A stretch of 40,604 nucleotides of DNA from Solirubrobacteraceae bacterium (GCA_036513815.1 DATBYI010000679.1:1-40604), one strand, 5' to 3'. Positions 1-10,404 are shown, counted from the stretch's first letter. Made by a program: numbers and translations. The notes: generated by a model from the letters alone, not told the origin.

Positions 1-89
1 TGCGTGGCCTGGTAGACGGTGCCCATGCCCCCCTCTCCGAGCACCCCATCGACCCGGTACCCGGAAACGATCGTGCCATCCTCTAGCAA
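1..89 (-). CDS. Ser/Thr protein kinase, N-terminal part (gene runs off the left edge)
   Basis: The reverse complement from TTG at 89 reads MLEDGTIVSGYRVDGVLGEGGMGTVYQAT, a Hanks-type glycine-rich loop (LGxGGMGxVY). Not in the ORF track because it is truncated. Confidence 0.85.
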   Translation of the reverse strand, partial: MLEDGTIVSGYRVDGVLGEGGMGTVYQAT

Positions 90-167
90 AGCGCCTCGAT
101 TCTAGGCCGGGGCCCGGTCTGGCCGCGAAGCTTTATTTGAGGCACTCGATCCCATATCCTCACCGCG

Positions 168-991
<824 letters not shown>

Positions 992-995
<4 letters not shown>

Positions 996-1597
996 GGCGC
1001 CGAAACGTCCTCCTTGTCCCGCCAGAGCACCGCGAACACCTCGTGCTCGCCGTGGAGCCCCTTGAAGAAGTGCTCGCCGCGCTCCTCGAAGCGGAAGCTC
1101 GGGTCGGTCTCGGTGTACTCCTTGGCGGATGAGGACACGAGGATCTCGCCGCCCTTGGCCTGGCCCGCGATCCGGGCCGCCAGCACCATGTTGCGCCCCA
1201 TCATCTGCTCGGGGTTGCCCATCACGAACCCGGAGTGCACGCCGACGCGGATGGCCAGCGAGGACGGTCCGGCCGTGAACGTGCGCTGCAGCTCGACGGC
1301 GGCGTGCAGGCCGGCGTGGGCGCTCGAGAACGAGGCGAGAAAGCCGTCGCTCTGCCACTTCGTGACCTGACCGTCGTGGCGGGAGACGAGCTGGTCGACG
1401 AGCAGGTGGTGGTCGCGGATCAGCTGCTCCCAGCGCTCCGGTCCGAGCTCTTCGGCCGCCGTCGGGGCATCCGCAATGTCGCTCAGCATCAGCGTGACCG
1501 CGCCGTCGGGCGAGCTCATCCGGCCGAGCGCGGGAACGACCGGCTCGAGCGCCGAGGCGATCGCGTCGATCGAGCTCATTTGCATCTTTGCTTGCAT
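992..1597 (-). CDS. Stand-alone class III adenylate/guanylate cyclase domain protein
   Basis: Motifs TLMLSDI, VTKWQSDGFLA, IRVGVHSG, LAARI, GGEILVS and FKGL. Start placed at ATG 1597; ATGs at 1585 and 1579 are alternatives. Confidence 0.85.
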
Positions 1598-1655
1598 GGG
1601 CGGGCGAGGATACCTTGACACGTCCCGAGAGCCGCAGGCAGAATCGGCGGCTGGG

Positions 1656-3575
1656 ATGTCGGGGGCTCAAACCGATCACGGTTCTCGGATCAGCGCGTTT
1701 CCGCCGATCGGCGACTACGCGTTCCTGTCCGACTGCGAAACGAGCGCGCTGATCGCGCCGAACGGCAACGTCGAGTGGCTGTGTCTGCCACGGATGGACT
1801 CGCCGAGCGTGTTCGCGGCGATCCTCGATCGGGACGCCGGCGGCTTCCGGGTCGGGCCCTCCGACGTCAACGTCCCCGCCGGGCGCCGTTACATCCCGGG
1901 CACGATGGTCGTGGAGACGAGCTGGGAGACGCGGATGGGGTGGGTGATCGTGCGCGACGCGCTCTGCATCGGGCCGTGGCACCACGAAACCGAGCGCTCG
2001 CACAGCCACCGCCGGTCGCCCACCGATCACGACGCCGACCACGTGCTGTTGCGGATGATCGAGTGCGTGCAGGGCTCGGCGGAGATCAAGCTCGAGTGCG
2101 AACCGGCCTTCGACTACGGCGGGCTGGCCGCCGAATGGGAGTACACCGGCACCGGCTACACCGAGGCGGTGGCGCGCTCGGAGGGGATGGACCTCCAGCT
2201 TCGTCTGATCACCGACCTGCGGCTTGGGTTCGAAGGTCCACGGGCCCGAGCGCGGACGACGATGCGCGAGGGCGACGTCGCGTTCGCCGCGCTCGGCTGG
2301 TCCAAGCATCCGATGCCGACGAGCTACGAAGAGGCACTCGAGCGGCTGGCCCAGACCCAGCGCTTCTGGCAGGAGTGGCTCAAGCACGGCACGTTCCCCG
2401 ACCATCCCTGGCGCACGCATCTGCAGCGCAGCGCGCTCACGCTCAAGGGACTGACCTACGCGCCGTCCGGCGCGCTGATCGCCGCCTCGACGACATCGCT
2501 GCCCGAGGCGCCGGGAGGCGACCGCAACTGGGATTATCGCTACAGCTGGATCCGCGACTCGACGTTCACGCTGTGGGCGCTCTACTCGCTCGGGTTCGAG
2601 GAGGAGGCCAACGACTTCTTCTACTTCGTGGCCGACATGGCCGAGGCCGAGGAGGGACGGCTCCAGATCATGTACGGGATCGGAGGCGAGTCGAAGCTCG
2701 AGGAGCAGGTGCTCGAGCACCTGTCCGGCTACGAGCAGTCGCGTCCGGTGCGCATCGGCAACGGGGCCTACGACCAGGATCAGCACGACGTGTGGGGCGC
2801 GGTGCTCGACTCGATCTACCTCCACACCCGGTCCCGCGACCAGCTGCCCGACCGGCTGTGGCCGATCATCAAGCGACAGGTCGAGAACGCCCTCTCGCGG
2901 TGGCGCGAGCCCGACCGCGGCATCTGGGAGGTCCGGGGCGACCCCAAGCACTTCACCTCGTCAAAGCTGATGTGCTGGGTGGCGGCCGACCGCGGCGCGC
3001 GACTGGCCCGGATCCGCAACGACGAACGGATGGCGACGCGGTGGGAGGAGGCGGCGGCCGAGATCCACGCCGACATATGCGAGAACGGCGTCGACGACCG
3101 AGGGGTGTTCGTCCAGCACTACGGCACCGAAGCGCTCGACGCGTCGCTGTTGATGTTGCCGCTCGTGCGGTTCCTGCCGCCCGGCGACCCGCGCGTCAAG
3201 GCCACCGTGCTCGCCATCGCCGATGAGCTGACCGAGAACGGTCTGGTCCTTCGCTACCGGGTGGGGGAGACCGACGACGGCTTCGCCAGCGAAGAGGGCA
3301 CGTTCACCATCTGCTCGTTCTGGCTCGTCTCCGCGCTGGTCGAGATCGGCGAGCTGGCGCGGGCTCGGGGCCTGTGCGAGAAGCTCCTCTCGTTCGCCAG
3401 CCCGCTCGCGCTTTACGCCGAGGAGATCGACGCGTCCACGGGTCGGCACCTGGGGAACTTTCCACAGGCCTTCACACATCTGGCCTTGATTAACGCGGTG
3501 GTACACATCATCCGCGCCGAACAGCAGCTTGACCTCGCCGCGTTCGTGCGCGAGAGCGAAGTCGCCGGTCGGTGA
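1656..3575 (+). CDS. Glycoside hydrolase family 15 (trehalase/glucoamylase-like)
   Basis: Motifs PIGDYAFLSD, WDYRYSWIRD, GIWEVR, YAEEID and GNFPQAFTH. Start moved to ATG 1656 to avoid overlapping the cyclase gene. Confidence 0.93.
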   Translation: MSGAQTDHGSRISAFPPIGDYAFLSDCETSALIAPNGNVEWLCLPRMDSPSVFAAILDRDAGGFRVGPSDVNVPAGRRYIPGTMVVETSWETRMGWVIVRDALCIGPWHHETERSHSHRRSPTDHDADHVLLRMIECVQGSAEIKLECEPAFDYGGLAAEWEYTGTGYTEAVARSEGMDLQLRLITDLRLGFEGPRARARTTMREGDVAFAALGWSKHPMPTSYEEALERLAQTQRFWQEWLKHGTFPDHPWRTHLQRSALTLKGLTYAPSGALIAASTTSLPEAPGGDRNWDYRYSWIRDSTFTLWALYSLGFEEEANDFFYFVADMAEAEEGRLQIMYGIGGESKLEEQVLEHLSGYEQSRPVRIGNGAYDQDQHDVWGAVLDSIYLHTRSRDQLPDRLWPIIKRQVENALSRWREPDRGIWEVRGDPKHFTSSKLMCWVAADRGARLARIRNDERMATRWEEAAAEIHADICENGVDDRGVFVQHYGTEALDASLLMLPLVRFLPPGDPRVKATVLAIADELTENGLVLRYRVGETDDGFASEEGTFTICSFWLVSALVEIGELARARGLCEKLLSFASPLALYAEEIDASTGRHLGNFPQAFTHLALINAVVHIIRAEQQLDLAAFVRESEVAGR

Positions 3576-3647
3576 GACGCGCGATCGGCGCTCGCGCCGT
3601 CCGACGTAAGTGTTTGGTCACCTTTCAGTGAGATAGCTTCCTCCGGC

Positions 3648-4040
3648 ATGCCCTGGGTCGAGGTGTTCGCGGTGTTCTTCGTGTCGCACGAGGTCGGCGA
3701 CTACTTGCTGCAGACCGACTGGCAGGCGATGCACAAGAGGGGTGGACTTTCCGGGCCACCGGTCAGACGCCGGGCGCTGCTGTCGCATATCGCGACTTAC
3801 ACGCTGTCGTTCGTGCCGGCGCTGATCTGGCTGTGGAGCGGCCTGCACTGGGGCGTGATCGGGGTCGCGGCGCTGATCGCGATCCCCCACATGATCCAGG
3901 ACGATGGCCGCCTGCTCACTCAGTACGCGCGCCTGGTCAAGAAGGCCGACCTCAACGCCAATCCGTCGCTCGGGGCGGCGCTCGACCAGGCCTTTCACTT
4001 CCTCGCGCTGTTCCTGACCGCGCTGCTCGTCGGCCACTGA
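3648..4040 (+). CDS. DUF3307-like membrane protein
   Basis: Motifs HEVGDYLLQ, HIATY, HMIQD and DQAFH in a 130-aa hydrophobic protein. Confidence 0.8.
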   Translation: MPWVEVFAVFFVSHEVGDYLLQTDWQAMHKRGGLSGPPVRRRALLSHIATYTLSFVPALIWLWSGLHWGVIGVAALIAIPHMIQDDGRLLTQYARLVKKADLNANPSLGAALDQAFHFLALFLTALLVGH

Positions 4041-4111
4041 CGTCGGCCTCGCTTTTTGGACCACCGAACCTTAGGATCGGGTCAGAGACCTCGAACAAGG
4101 AGAACGCGACC

Positions 4112-4975
4112 ATGAGCACGACCGAACAGGAGATCCCAGGGCCTGTCCTGGAGTACCTCGGCTCGCAGAGCACGCTCACGCTGGCGACCGCGTCGCCCAC
4201 CGGCACGCCGCACGCCGCGACGTTCCTATACGTCAACGACGGCCCCGCGCTCTTCTTCTGGTCCAAGGCCTCGACGGTGAGCTCGCGCCAGATCGACCAG
4301 AACCCCCTGGTGTCCTTCACGATCGACGAGTACACCTCCGACCTGACTCAAACTCGGGGCGTGCAGGGGACCGGCGAGTGCTCGGTGCTCCTCAGCGGCG
4401 AGCAGATCGCGCACGTGGCCGACCTGTTCGGGCAGAAGTTCCCGTCGCTCTCCCCTGGGGCGACGATGAGCATCTCGTTCTACCGGATCACCCCGACCGA
4501 GATTCAGTTCATCGACAACCGCCAGAACCGCAGCCTCTCGTCCCCGGGCGTGTTCGGCGCCGAGTTCCACCGCGAGCGGTCCTACAGCGTGTTCGGCGGG
4601 CTGCCGACCCAGACGGCCAAGACGATCTCGGCCTCGCTCCAGATGCTCGACGCCGACGCCGACACCGTCGTGGCGCGGCAGGGGGGCCCGGCCGACAAGT
4701 TCTTCATCGTGGTCGACGGTGAGCTCGAGGTCACGCGCGAGGACGGCGGCAGCACGGAAACGGTCTCGACGCTGGGGCCGGGCGACCTGTTCGGCGAGAT
4801 GGCGATCCTGTTCGATAAACCGCGCGGCACGAGCGCCCGCGCCACGAAGCCAACCAAGCTGCTCGTGATCGACAGCGACACGTTCCGCGCCGTCGTGTCG
4901 CAGTCGCTGGGGACCACGCCGGACTTCGACCAGATCATCCGCGACCGCATCGGGGCGCTCCCGAGCGGCTCGTAA
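4112..4975 (+). CDS. Pyridoxamine 5'-phosphate oxidase-like (split-barrel) domain fused to a cyclic-nucleotide-binding domain
   Basis: N-terminal TLTLATAS..GTPHAA, NPLVSFTI and RGVQGTG; C-terminal FFIVVDGELEV and GDLFGEMAIL..PRGTSARA. SD AAGGAG precedes ATG 4112. Confidence 0.85.
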   Translation: MSTTEQEIPGPVLEYLGSQSTLTLATASPTGTPHAATFLYVNDGPALFFWSKASTVSSRQIDQNPLVSFTIDEYTSDLTQTRGVQGTGECSVLLSGEQIAHVADLFGQKFPSLSPGATMSISFYRITPTEIQFIDNRQNRSLSSPGVFGAEFHRERSYSVFGGLPTQTAKTISASLQMLDADADTVVARQGGPADKFFIVVDGELEVTREDGGSTETVSTLGPGDLFGEMAILFDKPRGTSARATKPTKLLVIDSDTFRAVVSQSLGTTPDFDQIIRDRIGALPSGS

Positions 4976-4994
4976 CAAGGGGGCATAGGGGACC

Positions 4995-5498
4995 GTGCAG
5001 ACGTTCTCAAGCAAGGAGTTCCGCTCGACGGTGGGAGCGTTCGCCACCGGCGTCACCGTGGTGACGACGCGCGGCGAGGAGCACGCCTACGGCATGACCG
5101 CTAACGCGTTCTCATCCGTCTCGCTCGATCCGCCGTTGATCCTCGTATGCGTGATCAGCCCCTCGGAGGGGGCGGATCACATCGCGCGCAACGGCGTTTT
5201 CGCGGTGAACATCCTGGCCGAGGAGCAGGAGCCGCTGTCGCGCTACTTCGCCTCCCGCGACCGACCCCGCGGCCGCGACGCGTTCGCGGAGGTGGGGCAC
5301 CGGTTCGGAGCCAGTGGATCGCCGCTCTTGGAGGGCGCGGCGGCGGTGATGGACTGCCGTCTGCACACCACCCACGAGGCGGGCGACCACCTGATCTTCA
5401 TCGGCGAGGTGCTCGAGCTGGACGTCGCCGACGGGAGCACGCCGCTCGTGTTCCACGGTGGCGGCTACCGGCTGCTGGCGCCGCCGCTCGGAGCCTGA
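4995..5498 (+). CDS. Flavin reductase (HpaC/RutF-like family)
   Basis: Motifs FATGVTVVT, GMTANAFSSVSLDPPL, AGDHLIFIGEV and PLVFHGGGY. Confidence 0.93.
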   Translation: MQTFSSKEFRSTVGAFATGVTVVTTRGEEHAYGMTANAFSSVSLDPPLILVCVISPSEGADHIARNGVFAVNILAEEQEPLSRYFASRDRPRGRDAFAEVGHRFGASGSPLLEGAAAVMDCRLHTTHEAGDHLIFIGEVLELDVADGSTPLVFHGGGYRLLAPPLGA

Positions 5499-6136
5499 GG
5501 CTCCTCGCGCCCGGGTCCGGACGGAGCCGGGCGCCAGGCGCCACCGTCGAATACGAGCCGGACCGGCTCGGAGGTGTCGTCGAGGGCGAGGGTGGCCTCG
5601 CGCGCCGCTAGGTCCACGTTCAGGGTGAGTGACAGGCGTCCTGGCGCCGCGGCGGTCGTGCTGCCCGTATCTGCGGGGGGCGGAGTGACCCTCGCGGAGT
5701 GCTGCGAGGCCGTCGCGGGCGTCTCCTGGCTCGAGGCCGTGGACGGCTTACCCGTTCCCGTTCCCGGCTCGGGCGCGAGGGTGGGCTGCGGTGGAACCGC
5801 CTTGAGCGGGCGCTCACTCGCCTCCGGGACGGGCAGCTCGCGAACGACCAGCGTGGTTCCGCCAACCTCGACTGTGTCGCCGACCGACAGCGTCTGCGGT
5901 CGGGCGATCCGCAGGCCGTTGACGAACGTGCCGTTGGTCGACCCGAGGTCCTCGATGGCGCAGAAGTGGCTGCGGTCGAGGCTGATTCGCGCGTGCGAGC
6001 GAGAGATCTCCTCGTCGTCCGCGAGCCGGCCCGCACCGTCGGCGTGGCGTCCGATCAGCAGTTCGTCGTCGATCAGGATCCACATGCCGATCGCGCGGCC
6101 GGCCACCACCTCGAGGCGAACGGTGGGGGGAGTCAT
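5465..6136 (-). CDS. FHA domain protein (soluble, with Pro/Thr/Ala-rich linker)
   Basis: FHA motifs IGR, ISRSHA and DLGSTNGTFVNG. Confidence 0.88.
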   Translation of the reverse strand: MTPPTVRLEVVAGRAIGMWILIDDELLIGRHADGAGRLADDEEISRSHARISLDRSHFCAIEDLGSTNGTFVNGLRIARPQTLSVGDTVEVGGTTLVVRELPVPEASERPLKAVPPQPTLAPEPGTGTGKPSTASSQETPATASQHSARVTPPPADTGSTTAAAPGRLSLTLNVDLAAREATLALDDTSEPVRLVFDGGAWRPAPSGPGREEPQAPSGGASSR

Positions 6137-6223
6137 GGCCGGACTGTACCGCGGGGCTTTCCCGACGACGCGTTCAAGGACGCTTGCGGCGCGACCGCAC
6201 CATCGGGTACGCTGCGGACCGCT

Positions 6224-6826
6224 ATGGCACGGTTGCGTGTAGTGAGTGGGCCCGCCGCCGGACAGACGGTGGATATAGAGGGGGAGATCGTGATCGGTCG
6301 CGAGGACACTGATCTCGCGATCGACGATGGGGAAATGTCACGGCGTCACGCCGTCGTGCGCCGGCACGCCAACCGGCTCCAGGTGGAGGATCTCGGCTCG
6401 ACCAACGGCACGTTCGTCGACGGCACTCGCATCGCCGAGCCCACGCTCCTCGGCGGTGGGGCGGAGATCAAGGTTGGCACGACCGTGCTCGTCGTGGAGG
6501 GCGTACTGCCGGTATCGGAGGCGGGTGGTGACGTGGCCGCGCCGCGGAACGTGACGCGGATCAGCCCGGTCATCTCGGATGCCGGCACCGCGCCGGCGAA
6601 TGCCGCCTCGAGTGTGCCCATCCCGCTTACGGCGCCTGCCGCCGCGGCGCCTGCGGCACCTCCGCTCGCGGCGCCGACGCAGGCAGTGGGCGAGTTCCGC
6701 CCGCCCGAACGCTCCCGCAAGCAGCCGGGACTCGCGTCCCGGTCGTGGGTGCCGGTGGCGCTGTCGTTCGGCACGGTCATCATCGTGGCCGTCGCGCTGG
6801 TTATCTACTTCTCGCAACACACGTAG
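6224..6826 (+). CDS. FHA domain protein with C-terminal membrane anchor
   Basis: IGRE, MSRRHA, DLGSTNGTFVDG; hydrophobic C-terminus VALSFGTVIIVAVALVIYF. Start at ATG 6224. Confidence 0.9.
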   Translation: MARLRVVSGPAAGQTVDIEGEIVIGREDTDLAIDDGEMSRRHAVVRRHANRLQVEDLGSTNGTFVDGTRIAEPTLLGGGAEIKVGTTVLVVEGVLPVSEAGGDVAAPRNVTRISPVISDAGTAPANAASSVPIPLTAPAAAAPAAPPLAAPTQAVGEFRPPERSRKQPGLASRSWVPVALSFGTVIIVAVALVIYFSQHT

Positions 6827-6886
6827 GCCGACTTCTAGCTGCGAGCGAGGGCGCGGCCGCCGCAACGGGCGAGCGCCCGAAGCGAG

Positions 6887-7447
6887 CTACTTGACGGAGA
6901 AGTAGATGATGAGCGCGATCGCGATGAGCGTGAGCAGCGCGAGCGGCGCCAGCTGGGCGCGCCGGCGTACCTTCACGTCGAGGTATTTCTCGACGGTCGG
7001 GAACGATCCTGGCTCGGAGATCACCGGTGCCGCATCGATGCGACGGACCTCCGGGTTGACGTAGGTCGGCTCGCGCGCGTCGATTGCCAGCGAGGGCGGG
7101 AGCTGGATGACCCCGGACCCTCGCGATCTGAAATCAGCCGCGGTGCGGAGCTGGAGCACGCTCACGCCGACCAGCAACTCATCGCCGCCGTCGAGGTGAG
7201 CGGGCCCCTCGAGCTCGTTCTGGTTGACAAACGTGCCGTTGGCCGAGCCGAGATCCTCGACGGTGGCGGATCCGTCGGGCGACGGCGTGATGCGCGCGTG
7301 CTGGCCCGAAACCTCTCCGTCCTCGAGCACGAGATCGGACTGGGGGTCACGTCCGATTACGATCGGACGGTCGACCGCAATCTGCTTTCCCGCGTCCGGC
7401 CCCTCGATGACTTCCAAATTGAGCTCGCCCGCCACGGGCGCGAGCAT
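6887..7447 (-). CDS. FHA domain protein with C-terminal membrane anchor
   Basis: IGRD, VSGQHA, DLGSANGTFVN; C-terminal LALLTLIAIALIIYF. Confidence 0.9.
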   Translation of the reverse strand: MLAPVAGELNLEVIEGPDAGKQIAVDRPIVIGRDPQSDLVLEDGEVSGQHARITPSPDGSATVEDLGSANGTFVNQNELEGPAHLDGGDELLVGVSVLQLRTAADFRSRGSGVIQLPPSLAIDAREPTYVNPEVRRIDAAPVISEPGSFPTVEKYLDVKVRRRAQLAPLALLTLIAIALIIYFSVK

Positions 7448-7574
7448 ACAGTCCGGGCCGTGGTTCGCGCAAATGGCATTTCGTCCATGCGGACGTCACT
7501 GATGAACGTGCCGGAAACAACATCCTTGCGGCCCTTGCGCGCATCGCGCTGTTGGCTATAGGGTCCCGCGCACC

Positions 7575-8924
7575 ATGCCTGCGACAGCTCCACGAGACTC
7601 AGTAGTCGCCACCGTCGGTGACGGCTTCGGTTCACTTCTAGTCCACACCACCGCGCGTTATCTCGGCTTCGAAAACGACCAACTGTCCGTCTTCGGGCCG
7701 AGCGATAACCCCGTCGGCACGTATCAACAGTTCGCGTACAACCTCGGGCAGACCGTGCTCCGTTCGGAGTCCGAATCCCACTTCCTTGCACCCGACTGGC
7801 CGACGTTCGCGCAGCTCGACGCGTGGTCGCACAAGTCACTCAAGCCGTTGTGGCGCACGACCCGGCGCAAGTACAACCCGGGCGTCCCCGAGATCCTGAC
7901 CGAGGCCGCCGTCGTCCAGCGGCGCACGGGCTGGGAGCAGGCCCGCATCCCGACCAAGGTCGGGTGGTTGCAGCGGCAGATGAAGCCGGTCCCGCACTTC
8001 GTCATGTACGACGAGCAGGCGAACTTCATTGGCCGCTCAAAGCACGTGATGCTGGCTCCGGGCCACGGACCCCTTTCGTTCCCGCCGCTGCTCGCGAAGG
8101 CGCGCAAGGATCCGGCGATCGCCGACCGCATCGTCCAGGCATACGAGCCCAAGCAGTACGCGAGCGGCGGCCGCTACATCGTGCTCGGCGCGGGCATCGC
8201 CTCGGTCAATGAATGGGCCAACATCCTCGACGCCGGCGGGTCGGTCCTGGCGCTGACGCGCAACGAGCAACCCGAGACCCAGGACCTCAACGTTCCGCGC
8301 TGCCTGTTCGAGTCGATCGGAATCGATGCCTACACGCGGCTGCCGTTCGACCAGCGAATCGAATTCCTCGGCCAGGTCCTACGGGGCACGCGTCCCGAGC
8401 GCCGGCAGTGGCTCTCGAGGATCAAGGTCGGCCAGCAGGAGGGCAGGTTCGACGCGATCGTCGGTGAGATCGACAAGATCGAGCCCGGGCGCGCGGGCCT
8501 GCGCGTGTACGTCAAGAGCAGCAAGGGCGAGGATCCCGGCTGGCTCGACGTCACGGGTGTCACCGCGGGCACGGGCTTCAACAAGTCGGTGCTGACGCTC
8601 CCGCTGATCCGCCGACTCGTCGAGTTCTACAAGGTGCCGGTGGTCGAGGGCAGGCTCAAGCTTCAGACCAACTGCGGCGTCCCCGGGCTCGACTTGCCCG
8701 AGTCGCGTCTGTGCTGCATGGGGCTGATCGCCAACAACGTGATCCCGCACGGCGACACGATTGCGGGCCTGAAGTTCATCTCGCGCCGGTTCGTCTCGGA
8801 CTGCGCCAGGGCGGAGAAGCTCAAGAGGCGGTCGTTCCCGTCGCGCTTGTCGCTTCAGTACTCGATGGGTCGCGACGTGGCTCAGGCGCTTCGCACCGTG
8901 TCCCCGACCCAACAGCTCGCGTAG
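7575..8924 (+). CDS. Uncharacterised FAD/NAD(P)-binding flavoprotein-like protein
   Basis: Two Rossmann-like motifs (VATVGDGFGS; YIVLGAGIAS), LRS, LAPGHG and AGTGF, arranged as in class B flavin monooxygenases. Substrate unknown. Confidence 0.7.
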   Translation: MPATAPRDSVVATVGDGFGSLLVHTTARYLGFENDQLSVFGPSDNPVGTYQQFAYNLGQTVLRSESESHFLAPDWPTFAQLDAWSHKSLKPLWRTTRRKYNPGVPEILTEAAVVQRRTGWEQARIPTKVGWLQRQMKPVPHFVMYDEQANFIGRSKHVMLAPGHGPLSFPPLLAKARKDPAIADRIVQAYEPKQYASGGRYIVLGAGIASVNEWANILDAGGSVLALTRNEQPETQDLNVPRCLFESIGIDAYTRLPFDQRIEFLGQVLRGTRPERRQWLSRIKVGQQEGRFDAIVGEIDKIEPGRAGLRVYVKSSKGEDPGWLDVTGVTAGTGFNKSVLTLPLIRRLVEFYKVPVVEGRLKLQTNCGVPGLDLPESRLCCMGLIANNVIPHGDTIAGLKFISRRFVSDCARAEKLKRRSFPSRLSLQYSMGRDVAQALRTVSPTQQLA

Positions 8925-8937
8925 GAGGGCGCTCGCC

Positions 8938-9519
8938 ATGTGTCCGACCGTGCTAGGCCGTGTCCAGACTCGGTGGGCGATCCTGATCATCCCCGCGATC
9001 ATCTGGACGATCGTCTCGCTGATCACCGGTAACCCGAGCTGGATCATCCTTATCGGCCTGTACTTCGTGATCGGTGTCGCGCTCGACACCGCGTTCTACC
9101 CGTTCGTCATCCGCTGGCAGCCGCCGTGGCTCACGTTCGTGCTCGCGGTGGGTGAGTTCATCCTCGTGTATCTGGCGGCCAAGAGTCTCAAGGGGATTCA
9201 TTTCGCGTCGGACTGGGAGCCGATCGCTGAGTACTGGATCACCTGGGTCATCGCGATTTGGACGAAGGTCGTGATCCTGCCGCTGATCTCGCTCAGCTGG
9301 ATCGAGGACGCCGGCGAGTTCCGTTCGACGAGCTGGTCGGTGGCGCCCGAGTACGTGCCACTAGCGCTGACCGCGTTCACTCCGGAGCTGGCCGAGGGCG
9401 GCCCGCCGCCGCTGGCGCGCAAGTTCTCGGCGGCGGTCATCGAGATCCCCGAGGAGCTCCGCCGGGCGCCTAGTCCGTCGGGCGTGTTCCAGATTCCGAC
9501 GGGGCCGCCGCCCGCCTGA
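8938..9519 (+). CDS. Hypothetical multi-pass membrane protein (MxPTxxGRxQTR start)
   Basis: About four hydrophobic segments; SD GGAGG overlaps the stop of the upstream gene, implying co-transcription. Confidence 0.8.
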   Translation: MCPTVLGRVQTRWAILIIPAIIWTIVSLITGNPSWIILIGLYFVIGVALDTAFYPFVIRWQPPWLTFVLAVGEFILVYLAAKSLKGIHFASDWEPIAEYWITWVIAIWTKVVILPLISLSWIEDAGEFRSTSWSVAPEYVPLALTAFTPELAEGGPPPLARKFSAAVIEIPEELRRAPSPSGVFQIPTGPPPA

Positions 9520-9567
9520 CGTACCGGTGCGGCGCCGGGGTGGGCGTCGGGTCAGGCCGCTGTCGAG

Positions 9568-10323
9568 TCAGGCCGCGAGGCGGGCGGTGACTTCGTCGCG
9601 GTCCGTGCCGTGCGCGGCGAGGACCGCGTCGAAGTCCGGGCCGTAGAAGCGCATCACGGCGAGCAGGAGGTCGCCCGTACCGATCATGCTGGCACCGCGG
9701 GAGCGGGCCAGACGGACGGCGAGCTCGCTGACGGCCGCGATCGAATCGCGGTTGTCGCGGTCTTCCTGCGGGGCGGGGTCAGAGGCGTCGGGAGCGCCCG
9801 AGTCGGGGAGCGGTGCCTCGCCTACGCCCAGCGCGCACAGCACGCGGGCCGCCTCGCCCTGGAGGCGAAGGATCCGCACCCAGCGCAGCGCCTCGGCGCG
9901 CCGGGAGGCCGCGAACGGCATCGCGGTCGACGCGAGCCCGAGCGCCATCGCCGCGTCGGTGCACAGGGGCAGGGCGGCGATCGGAACGCCGAGGGCGTCG
10001 TCCACCGAGCCGAAGCTATCGAAGGCGGCGTCGAGGCCGGTCAGCTCGAGCAGGTTGCGCTGGGTGGCCGGCAGGCCCGCGAGCGCCATGTGGGCGCGTC
10101 CCTCGAGCCGCCGGCCGAATCCCACGAGCACGCCCAGCCCCATCGAATCCATGTAAGTCAGTCGCGAGAGGTCGATCACGTAGCGGTCGTAGCCCTTTTC
10201 CAGCAGCTCGACCAGCGTCCACTTGAGCTGGGGTGCGGTGGCCAGATCGAGGTCTCCTTCGACGGCGACGAGGCAGGTGCGCTCGTCGACGTCCCGTTGG
10301 CTGATCGCGAACGTGTTTGTCAT
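9568..10323 (-). CDS. STAS (anti-anti-sigma) domain fused to a Clp-N-like helical domain
   Basis: VEGDLDLATAPQL and IDLSRLTYMDSMGLGVL (STAS with phosphorylatable Ser); C-terminal AVRLARSRGASMIGTGDLLLAV (Clp-N repeat-like). Start at ATG 10323. Confidence 0.8.
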   Translation of the reverse strand: MTNTFAISQRDVDERTCLVAVEGDLDLATAPQLKWTLVELLEKGYDRYVIDLSRLTYMDSMGLGVLVGFGRRLEGRAHMALAGLPATQRNLLELTGLDAAFDSFGSVDDALGVPIAALPLCTDAAMALGLASTAMPFAASRRAEALRWVRILRLQGEAARVLCALGVGEAPLPDSGAPDASDPAPQEDRDNRDSIAAVSELAVRLARSRGASMIGTGDLLLAVMRFYGPDFDAVLAAHGTDRDEVTARLAA

Positions 10324-10404
10324 TGCATCCTGATTCGGATGGACGCGCCCGTAGGTCGCGCCCACGTGTCCAGGCTCGACAAACGTACGTATTGCGAACG
10401 ACGG

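Noticed and set aside
7508-7525. Similarity between GTGCCGGAAACAACAT here and ATGTTGTTCCGG near 18708, as a shared regulatory motif
   Set aside because: Short, needs an indel, and could easily arise by chance; not supportable without a motif search.
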